A stretch of DNA of 64,000 nucleotides from Dimorphilus gyrociliatus (Eukaryota > Animalia > Annelida). Below are positions 10,702-26,100 of the stretch, one piece after another (within the stretch, counting starts at the first letter, position 1; every line of letters starts with the position of its first letter). A model generated the notes under the pieces. The model did not search any database, had not been told where the DNA came from, and saw nothing but the letters and a program-made list of their open reading frames with translations. The stretch is taken from positions 1 through 64,000 of the forward strand of contig CAJFCJ010000024.1 of NCBI GenBank assembly GCA_904063045.1, written 5' to 3'. Both the position numbers and the translations under genes were made by a program.

Positions 10702-12498
10702 TTAGTAACCTGGTAAATTAATGGACAATACAATAATATTTGAGGTACCGTGTTCTGTTACGTATAATTCTCTGTTGAAAGACGAATAGTGTACAATATT
10801 TGGATGAATGTCCAAATTAACTATTAGTGGTGGCTTATCTATTGCTGTAAAGACTTGCAGTCTTTTATTACCGCAATCCGTAACAATTAACAATTCATTT
10901 TCAACGCTACAAACGCTACATGGATAACAGAAAGTTAATGGCTTAGCTAGGCCTAATTTAGCCGGTTCGTACTCTCCAAAAGATATAATATCTCCTTGAT
11001 TATTATTACTGGAAAACATATCATAAGCCAAAATGCAATTGTCGTTAGAAAAAGCTGAATCGAGAACAATTATCTTATCTTTCCATATACAACAATCCCT
11101 AAAGTCGATCAAACTCTCATCAACATCCTCCTCCTTTCCAATAACCCAGTCTACAGAACTTTCAGCATTCGAAAAAAGCCTTATCTTTCTTACAGAATCT
11201 TTTGTCAAACAAACAATTGTATTATCATCCAAAGTACAAGCAGAAATAACGTTATCTATTTTAAATACTGGCTCCTTCCTTTTTGAATTTAAGGTATAAA
11301 TACCATCCGATGAACATAAGAATATCTCATTACGTAATATAAATATCTTTGTAACAACGTTAGGCATTAAAAACTTCTGTTCAACACTGTAATTTCTAGA
11401 TGATAACTTTAATAGATAACTGCCACCATTCGTTTCGGTAATACTTATATAAATTGAATTTAAATATTCAATTAGTACGTGTACATTCGTTAAATTAGAT
11501 AATTTGATTTCTGATTTCACTGTTATGCAATCCTCGTCAATTGTGTCGTTATCATCTGATTCATTGTCCGATAGTTGCTCTCTTAATATAAACTTTTCAA
11601 AACCATTTATTAAAGGGTTAAAATCAATATATTGTTCAAGCGTACTACCTCTTTCCATAATTAGAAATAGACGATCGGAAAAATCAATCATTACTTGCCT
11701 TAAATCATCATTTGGAAATTCGAGATCGAAAATTTGATTTTCAATCTCTTCTTGAATAATCTTTAGGAAATCATTGTTTACTTTATCGCTTTTACGGCGA
11801 ATAAATAATTTCTTATCGATAACATTTGTTTGTAATTTAACGAGCATTGAATGAGTATCTTCAACTTTTCTATACCATTTATCTAATATCTCTTCTTTAG
11901 CTTCTTGAATACATTCGGCCATTTTATTCTCAATTTCTTTCGTTTTATGTACAAGGGCATCTAAAAACTCATTACATTGGTCTTGAGCATTTGACAACAT
12001 GCTAAGACATTTCTCGCGAAATTCTTCATTATCATTATAGCTCATTAGGGGCATTAGTTTATGATTTTGATGATTATTCCAACACAGCCGACATAACTTT
12101 GCATCGGAACAAGTTAAACAAACTAATTCTATTTCCTTTTTATGCATAAAGCAGGATTCTTTTTTAATTCTATCGCCTTCGTTTTCATGATCTTCTTCGT
12201 CCTCTTCTTCAGTATCATCTAAGCCTTCGCCATTAGGAAAGCTAACGTTCGAAACAATTCTACTTTTTGGAAAGCCGTCCTTACCGCTATCTGGCCAACG
12301 AACAGACCTTCTACAACTAGGGCAAGATATATAACTTTTTCTACCGGAAGCTTTCCAAATTCCCTCTATACATTCCTTACAGAATATATGTTGGCAAGGA
12401 AGGATACGAGGATCCCTTTTCAGCCAATATTCAGTGCAAATAACGCACATGAAATAATCGTCGTTTATCATAAAGCATTTTTTACCACTTTCCATCAT
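10702..12498 (-). CDS. TRIM protein: RING, B-box2, coiled coil, NHL-like C-terminus with acidic inserts (array gene 6), intronless
   Basis: RING CVIC..PRILPCQHIFCKEC..CPSC. B-box CFMH..CLTC..CRLCWNNHQNH. C-terminal YPCSVCSVENELLIVTDCGNKRL. 598 aa. Confidence 0.92.
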   Translation of the reverse strand: MMESGKKCFMINDDYFMCVICTEYWLKRDPRILPCQHIFCKECIEGIWKASGRKSYISCPSCRRSVRWPDSGKDGFPKSRIVSNVSFPNGEGLDDTEEEDEEDHENEGDRIKKESCFMHKKEIELVCLTCSDAKLCRLCWNNHQNHKLMPLMSYNDNEEFREKCLSMLSNAQDQCNEFLDALVHKTKEIENKMAECIQEAKEEILDKWYRKVEDTHSMLVKLQTNVIDKKLFIRRKSDKVNNDFLKIIQEEIENQIFDLEFPNDDLRQVMIDFSDRLFLIMERGSTLEQYIDFNPLINGFEKFILREQLSDNESDDNDTIDEDCITVKSEIKLSNLTNVHVLIEYLNSIYISITETNGGSYLLKLSSRNYSVEQKFLMPNVVTKIFILRNEIFLCSSDGIYTLNSKRKEPVFKIDNVISACTLDDNTIVCLTKDSVRKIRLFSNAESSVDWVIGKEEDVDESLIDFRDCCIWKDKIIVLDSAFSNDNCILAYDMFSSNNNQGDIISFGEYEPAKLGLAKPLTFCYPCSVCSVENELLIVTDCGNKRLQVFTAIDKPPLIVNLDIHPNIVHYSSFNRELYVTEHGTSNIIVLSINLPGY

Positions 12499-12734
12499 CC
12501 TAACTGATCAAAGAGTTAACAAATAACAACACACAATTTCAACACTTTGGCTTTATATACTCCCTTTTATTATTAATTAATTAATTGAGTAGTAATCAAT
12601 AATATTAAACAAGTTAAAAAAACAACAATTCTTTTATATTAAGACTTTTTCTTTCTATTTTAGTTAGATTGTTTTAAAGATTCTTGCGACCTAAATTTTA
12701 ATTAAAAAAAGAAAACATCATTAATTATCATTAA

Positions 12735-13415
12735 TTAACACGTCAAATTGCACATTTTTGTATTTTTTAAGCATATTATTGATATAATATAAAATATAAT
12801 TAATAACGATACGCATAGTAATTTTAGTTTGATCTTAAAAATAAATGAATTTAAGCAAATTATAGAAAATATTAAAGAAATTAATAATTTTATATAATAA
12901 TTTGCATAAATTAACATAATAATGTTAATTGAAAATGTAATAAGAAAAGATAGAAATAATAAATATAGAATATTTAAGAATTTGTTTCTCTTATTCATTT
13001 TATCTTTTTCAATATTATTACCATTCGTTAGAGTATTTGAATCCAATCTATCTTTAATTCGGCTTATTAATGGTAAATATCTTGAATTTAGATGATTTAA
13101 TCTGTTCTCTTCATTCGTTAGAAAATCATATCTCAATTCTTTCATTCTAGAATTCCGAAAATTGATACTAGCCGTTGTCGTCTCTCTCTTTTCTAATGAT
13201 GATTCCAGAGGTACAATTTTATGATTGACGTGATTTTTTCCCCAACATTTTAAACATAAAAAAGTGCTAGAACAACTTTGACAAACAAACAATGCGTCCG
13301 AAGGACGTTCTAGACATAGCTTACAACCTTTTTCACCATCATCCTTGTGCGTATTATTTACATCGCCCTCTCTCGGAAACAAAGAGAAGATATTAAGACA
13401 AGAGAAATAGACCAT
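12735..13415 (-). CDS. RING-less B-box protein with 2-3 C-terminal hydrophobic segments (array gene 7)
   Basis: B-box-like CKLC..LFVCQSC..LCLKCWGKNHVNH, short helical region, then about 70 aa of F/L/I-rich segments. The true start is uncertain because the first codons overlap a polypyrimidine/acceptor-like tract. Confidence 0.65.
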   Translation of the reverse strand: MVYFSCLNIFSLFPREGDVNNTHKDDGEKGCKLCLERPSDALFVCQSCSSTFLCLKCWGKNHVNHKIVPLESSLEKRETTTASINFRNSRMKELRYDFLTNEENRLNHLNSRYLPLISRIKDRLDSNTLTNGNNIEKDKMNKRNKFLNILYLLFLSFLITFSINIIMLIYANYYIKLLISLIFSIICLNSFIFKIKLKLLCVSLLIIFYIISIICLKNTKMCNLTC

Positions 13416-14645
13416 ACTATAGAATGATTAAGTAACTAAGAAAAGAAATAAAGGAAATAACGTAACATTTTAATAGTTGATAAAGCGAATATACTGTATT
13501 TATAGCAATACCTTTAGAGTTACCTCTTTCTATCAACTCTTTAGCAAAATTAAAGCCAAACGTTTAATTACATTTCAATAGGCCTATTAAAATCATTTAG
13601 TATATACTTAACTTCCGAATTGAGCTATATAGCATACAAAAAAGAATATTAGTTAACATAATGTGTTGAGTAGTGCAGTCAATACTTTTTGGACTAAAAA
13701 AGACACAAGTAAAACTAATCAAAGTTACTCCATCTGTATTCTATTGTTATCATTATTAGACAAATTTGTACGTAAAGATTATTGAATATAAACTTAATTT
13801 ATACTCTATATAGATTACGATTAGTAATTTTTTATCGTTATTTATTTCCTTTATATAATAATATTAAAAGCCCACATCCTTTTACTTATGATGTACAAAG
13901 TTAATTTATATATTATGTTATATAATGGATATTTAGACATTTGTTTAAGCCTAAAAAAGAAATATATATACTGTATATACTGTATATACACAAATATCCG
14001 GCCAGTCTTTTTTATTTTATGTAATCCTAACAAACATAATTGATAGATTATAGAGGCCTAATGGTATTTTGCTACTATTTCCCTTATCTCTTATCAAAAA
14101 AAAAACACAACACAGAATACAAAACGAAATTGAGAAACCAAAGGTAAAGTATAGGTATATACTGTATTATTATAAGTTATATGTCTATAAATAGTTTCAA
14201 ATGCAGATAGATATAGAGACAGAAAATATAATAATATGTGTAAAGTTGTTATTTCCTCACACTGATTCTTTTGATTATACAGAACAGGAAAAGAAGTAAA
14301 ACTTCATTATGAAAAAATTTTCGAAACTTTACGAATTCTTTACCGTTTCTAAAGGTAAAACTCATATTTATACTATAAATATTAATACAACATCCTATTT
14401 ATAAATACCGTAAAATTAACTATATCATAATATTTAAATTCTATAAACTGTATAATATATAGTATATATATATATAGACTGTTGTTTGTCAAGTTTGTGT
14501 CTATCATTATAAAATCTATACTCGTTTTTTAATTTAACATAAAAATAAAAAGTACAAAGTACGTTAAATGGTATTAAATAAGCCATTTGCCATAAATAAA
14601 ACGAAAGAAGAACAATTGCTTGGAGAAAACAAAAAATTAACTAAC
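13416..14645. promoter_or_regulatory. Divergent intergenic region between TRIM genes 7 and 8
   Basis: Head-to-head start codons about 1.2 kb apart. A shared promoter is inferred from geometry only. Confidence 0.4.
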
Positions 14646-16349
14646 ATGGCCGAATTTGTTGTGGATAAAACGTATGAAAATCTTGAAAATGTATGTCTTA
14701 TTTGCTTGGGAAAATTTACAGATGGAAATAAAATTATGTACGATTGTTATCATTCGTTCTGTAAGAATTGTTTGGATAAAAATTTAAGAAATAGACGTCT
14801 AAAGAGCTTATTATCTTGTCCAATTTGCTTTAAAGGTATTATTGAAGAGAGAAGATTTAATTCAAGTTCATACCAATATGACAAGGTAGATAGTTGCAAA
14901 CATTTTGATAAAGAATTAATAGTATGTACAGATTGCTTCAACTGTCTGATTTGTCAATTATGTATTGGTCAACACAAAGAACATAAATATATATATTATA
15001 AGGATTTCCTTAAAAGAGATCAAAAGTTTTGGACAGATTATGAAACTGCAACTAATGATTTAAAGAAACGCTCCTTATACGATTCATCTGTTATGTTTGG
15101 CGAATTTAAACAGCAAATACATAGTGAGTTTGATAATATTGAAAAGTTAACTGTAGTTAGATGCGGAAAAGAATGTAATAGAGTACTCGATAAGATCAAT
15201 AGCAAAATGATTAAACTCCAAGAATCAATTGATAGAAAAAAGAAAACATTTGCTTCTGAAATAATGGAAATTTATGGTTCAAATGTATTAAATAAATTAA
15301 AATGGGAGTTAACTTCTGACATGAATAACATAATGGAATTTCCCAAAGAATTAAGATTAAAAATAGAAGATCTCTTAAAAGATTATATAAAAGAAAGAGT
15401 TAATAAATTATTAGTAAAGTACGATCTATTAATTAAAAAGTTTGATAAATTAATTAATAATAATAATTTTTTAATTAATTGTCCAATGAATGATAGAATT
15501 CTATATGATTTATATTATATTAAGAAAAAATCTATTAAAAAATCTAAATTGATTCATTTCTTAGCCTTTTCCAATGAGTTAAACGATTACGGACAAAACG
15601 AAAGTATAATGCTAAGTATTAGTAAAAATAATAATAAATATGCCATTCTTCGCTTAAAGGCTAGTAACTTTAAAGTAACTAATGAATATTTAGTAGATGA
15701 AATTGTGAAAAAAATCACTTGCTATAAAAATATGATTATTTTATTCTTTGAAAATTCAATATGCAAATTAGATGATCGTCTTTCGGTGAATATTGAAATT
15801 ACGGATATAATTGATGGAAATTTTGGTGAATGTTCTTCGTATTTCCCTGAAAATTTTTTCTATATAACAAGTAATTCAATAAATGTTATGCCAAGGAAAT
15901 ATTTCTCTGATATATATCTAACCGGTATAAATTGGCAAGTTGAGGCTTACAAGCACTTGCCAGCAGATTATCTAGGTCTAATACGTTTATCTGGCTTACT
16001 AACAGCATTTGCTGTTGTATTTTACGATAAGAATTTAAACGGCATTTACTTGTCATCATTCTATAAAAGCAAAATTCTAAACTGTTGGAAAATATTAACT
16101 GGTTACCAACCAATATCATTCTGTTGTTTAGAGGATTGCGGAGTTATTATTGCTCATAACACAAAGAAGAAACTTTTGATTTTTCCCAATGTTTTATCCG
16201 GTTCAAGCTCAGAGAGAATGGAATATGTAATAGATTTCGTTCCAGGTTCTATATCATCTTCTAAATTTAGCAAAGAAATTATCATTGTTGAAAATAATAC
16301 GAATATTATTCATATCTTTAAATATAGCGCTTCTTTGAGAGAACTGTAA
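14646..16349 (+). CDS. Divergent TRIM protein: RING, B-box, coiled coil, NHL-like C-terminus (array gene 8), intronless
   Basis: ORF 14568-16349; the second Met (14646, MAEFVVDK) gives a paralog-like leader length. RING CLIC..CYHSFCKNC..CPIC. B-box CKH..CTDC..CQLCIGQHKEH. C-terminal YQPISFCCL and EIIIVENNTNIIHIF. Confidence 0.85.
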   Translation: MAEFVVDKTYENLENVCLICLGKFTDGNKIMYDCYHSFCKNCLDKNLRNRRLKSLLSCPICFKGIIEERRFNSSSYQYDKVDSCKHFDKELIVCTDCFNCLICQLCIGQHKEHKYIYYKDFLKRDQKFWTDYETATNDLKKRSLYDSSVMFGEFKQQIHSEFDNIEKLTVVRCGKECNRVLDKINSKMIKLQESIDRKKKTFASEIMEIYGSNVLNKLKWELTSDMNNIMEFPKELRLKIEDLLKDYIKERVNKLLVKYDLLIKKFDKLINNNNFLINCPMNDRILYDLYYIKKKSIKKSKLIHFLAFSNELNDYGQNESIMLSISKNNNKYAILRLKASNFKVTNEYLVDEIVKKITCYKNMIILFFENSICKLDDRLSVNIEITDIIDGNFGECSSYFPENFFYITSNSINVMPRKYFSDIYLTGINWQVEAYKHLPADYLGLIRLSGLLTAFAVVFYDKNLNGIYLSSFYKSKILNCWKILTGYQPISFCCLEDCGVIIAHNTKKKLLIFPNVLSGSSSERMEYVIDFVPGSISSSKFSKEIIIVENNTNIIHIFKYSASLREL

Positions 16350-16768
16350 TATCTATATTATAGACTCTTATATACTAATATATATTAGTACATTTGTTTT
16401 TATATTATTTAAATAAACCCTCTATTTAAATAACTTTATTCTAATTTCGGAGTAGCCTTAATTGGCAAATAATTAATTAATTATTAATTGATAAAACAGT
16501 TTCCCTTTCGTATTTAATGGTAATTTTTGTATGGCCAACTAGAGCACAATAGCTTATTTTCTGGTTTTTTTTCCTTTTTCTCTCTCTCTCTCTGTTTCTT
16601 CTTTCTTTTCCTGTTTTTATTACATCAGCCTACTCACATACGCGCCTTCTCATTCTTGAACTGTCTATTAGCAATATTTCAAAAAATTGAAGGTGTATTT
16701 CTTTCTGTCTCTCTGTTCAAAATAATTCAAATTAATTTTCTACGATTTCAGGTAGGACTAATTTGAAA

Positions 16769-18672
16769 ATGGAAAATTTGGAACCTGATGAATCAGAGGT
16801 AGAGATTCTTCCCAATGCAAATCAAACTGATTGTCCCATATGCATTAACTGTTACATAAGAAGAAATCCAAGAATTTTACCTTGCGCTCATACTTTTTGC
16901 TCCGTTTGCTTAGAACAATATGCCTTGTCAAAAAGAGTAGGAGTAGGAGATACATTGGCATGTCCAACGTGTGAAACTCATGTCAAATGGCCTAGTAAAG
17001 GCAGTTTAGGATTCCCGAAAAACAACTACTTTATAGAAAGAGATAGTGCAATTGAAGGAGCAACAGCAGCAGTTAGCGTTATAATACCCAAAGAAGATGA
17101 TCATATGTTTCAGCAAATGTTTGAAAATAACCTTCCTGATATTTCAAATTGTTTAAAACAACTTGAAAATCATTTAATACATCTTGAACACGAAAAATTT
17201 AATCTACTATCCAAAATTGATCTTTGTAGACTACTTGCTATCGATAAAATGGATAAATGGGTGAGCTGTATGAGAACTGAGGTTGAAGATAGGTAAATAT
17301 ATATCAGTATATATACCGTATAAACCATTATTAAATCTATTGGTTTCTTATATATTATTCAGATTTGCAGAAGACAAAAAACTTCTAAAGCAAATTCAAT
17401 TCGATCTCGAAAATTTAAATAGCGATGGTATTAGTTGATAATTTTCTTTCTTCATTTCTTTATTGATGCTCTGTTTTTCATATTCTTAGATACAAAAGAT
17501 ACATTAAACGTTCTCTTAAATGAAAAAGAAGCTCTTCTATCAAAGAAATTATCTTTAGTTAGTCATAATTTTTCTGTTGGTGAATTAAAACTTATCGAAA
17601 GAGAAATTATACTTGAAGAGTATCATACTGAAGAAATTGATTGTTACACAATCACGGCTTGTTGCTTAGGACCAGATAATCATTTGTACATACTCATTGA
17701 CAAATATAGAAGTTGGTATTATTTAAAGATGGAGAGATATTATCATTTTTCAATTTCTCTTTTTTTAGCAAAGGATAATAAATCAAAGGTGTTCGTTATC
17801 GAAAGGTATAGCGCAGATGGAAAACTTATTGAAGAAGACTGGTCCTGCCATCTAGAGGGCGACTATAGAGGTTTGGCTCTTGATTGCGAAGGAAATATGT
17901 ACTTGTGCGACAAAACTGCAATAAGGTTATAAAACATTCTTATATATTCAATCTTATTATTAATGTTAAAATCTCTTTTAGATTAGGCAGAACAGCAAAC
18001 TGCATTGTAAAGGCAAGTATAAAATATCTATTATCTATTGCAAACTATCCAAAAAATACTTATACGTCTTTTGAATAGATTTTAAAAAATGGAACACTAA
18101 AATCAAGAATTCTACAATTACCCGACAACGAAGAATTATCAACAGTTGCTGTTGACTCGACGGGAATTTATGTTGGTATTGATAGCGGTATTACGAAAAG
18201 AAGTATTGAAGAACACACAATAAGAATTTTGAAATATGATCTACAAGCTAAAACCTTGATGTGGCATTTTCAAGATCAATCATTTGGATTAGGAAAAATG
18301 TTTTCCATTGATGATTATTTAATACTTACAAGAATTCACGATGAAAAGATAGAAGTAATTCATCGTGATAGTGGAGAGAAAATAAAAAATTTGAACTTTA
18401 ATTTTAAAGAATCAGGCGATTCTCCCGCTTGGCCTAGTTCAATAGCTCCTCTTCCAATGAATTGTTTTATTTCAGCAGTTCAAAAACTTAAACAATTATT
18501 CGTATTTGACAAAGACTTGAATGTTTTACAGAAGATATCACTAGAAAAGCAAAATATACCTGTGAGCGTTATAACATGGTCAAATTTAGAAGGAAACTTT
18601 CTTCTGTTGCATTATAATTGTAAATTAGATAGAAAGCGTTATTTGTCATTCAGAAAAATTCTCTATAAGTAA
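16769..18672 (+). CDS. Intron-containing RING, coiled-coil, NHL-like protein (array gene 9), 5-6 coding exons
   Basis: RING CPIC..NPRILPCAHTFCSVC..CPTC plus WPSKGSLGFPKN. Frame-preserving introns at 17293-17362, 17428-17489, probably 17712-17768, 17926-17981 and 18013(or 18007)-18078. NHL-like YRGLALDCEGNMYLCD and WPSSIAP. Confidence 0.8.
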
Positions 18673-20495
18673 ACTCTATTATTTATACTTTATTACTAAT
18701 TACTTATTGAAATATTATGGTTTATCCTTTCATGTTATAATGAATATTCAGAGATTTTTGTTCTTTCTTTCAGAATGATTTTTCCTTTTTAATAAGCAAT
18801 AGTTACAAGTATTCTTGATAAAATAAGTATTGTTAGTAGGAAAATCCAATTACTATTTTATTAACTAAATCCCAAATATTTATCATACGGATCAGTGATT
18901 TTGAACTTTGAACTGTTTGTCAATTATTGTTTAGATAAATAGATTACTTTTTGTTACTAAGAAGAAGATATAAAGCAATGTTTTCTCGCTTTTTTTGTTC
19001 TTCCATTATAAAGAACTAAATCGAAATATTGATAAAAAGCACATTTCCTTATCAAATTTTGAGTACTAACGTAATGAATTGATAATATTTTTCTATTTTT
19101 AACTTTAAATGTACTGGAACCTCCCTCTACCTGTATTACCCTCACCTTCCCCCTTCCCAACTTTTTTAGCTGCCTTTCAAAAACATTTGTATGTCATCAT
19201 AGGACGCCACCATCACGTGAAAGCTGTATTATACATTCGTTTTCTGTTGTGGTATTTTCTTTCAAGTTTTTAAAATATACTACTCTCATCCCCAGATTCA
19301 TTGTTAATTCTATTATACAATTAATTATATAGGACTATCTAGTATCAATATAAAGAATACGTAAAACAACTAAACAAAATTGTTCAATACTCTCATTCAA
19401 TTCGTATTGAATGAAATAAAATACAAAAAGGAAAAAAAAAGTAAAAACAGTGTTAATTTCTCGATTTTAGATTGGAAAAACAACGCTACTTCAACGTCTG
19501 AAGCTTGAAAAGGTAAATTATAAATATACGTTTTGAAAGAAAAGACATTGCTCTTTTTTTCAATACTTAATTTAATCTATTTTTTAAGAGATAATATTCA
19601 AAAAAACCAAATTAGTATGAATGATAAATGATAGATTATCTTTTTTGTATTATTATTAGATACGTAAATATATATATATATATATATATGTATATAATTT
19701 ATATAATATACAGTATATATATATATACTATATATAAAAAAAATAGCTAGTTTACTATCAAATGAGAAGGGATACTTTTGCTGAAAGAATCAAAGATGAA
19801 ATTTTAACTCGTAGACTAAAGATAAATAAACAAAACAAAAGAGAAGAGAAAGAACCTTTCCCCTTTAAATTTACACTAGTTAATCAAAATCACAGATATT
19901 ATCTTTCATTTTACCCGATTAAAAGTTTAATTACAAATTTTATCTAGATAAAATGACAATTTGATAAGAGTAGGGAATGAAAAGGGTCTAAACCATTAAT
20001 AGGGGTATTTTTTTAGAATATATATAGTATTTATAATATATATATAATTATATAAGTTAGCGTATTTTACTTATCTATGTGTGAAATCACGTATACTCTA
20101 TTCTCTGCCTGTTCAAGTTGAGATATCATGGGAAAAAAACAAAATAACAGACAGATAAGGCCTATGCAGATTACGAAATTCCCTACTCTATCAGTTAGAA
20201 ATCTTTCAAACACTATACAATTCGTATTGTGGCACCAGATCCACCTATATCTCAAAAAAAAAATCTACTTCATAGATTAAAGAACTATAATATTGAAGGT
20301 CAGTCTATTTTTCAACTTGAATAGAGAAACACAAATCAAAATAGAATAAACTTTCTTATTAAATTGTCTTTATGATAAACCTATGATATTGTTAAAAAGA
20401 GAAAAATAATAGCAAATTCATTAATCAGGAATTTTGAAAAGAAACAAAAAAAAAAAAGAATCACGTGGAAATAATTTAACTGTAGTCCTTCTACT

Positions 20496-26100
<5,605 letters not shown>

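Noticed and set aside
4150-16490. (TTAA)n-like ATTAATTAATT runs near TRIM genes (about 4152, 12572, 16472) as shared regulatory sites
   Set aside because: Such runs are common throughout this AT-rich window and are not at consistent distances from start codons.
20190-20300. Possible small coding exon (KSFKHYTIRIVAPDPPISQKKNLLHRLKNYNIE) upstream of ABCC
   Set aside because: It has no recognisable motif and I could not link it to a start or partner exon. It may be 5' UTR.
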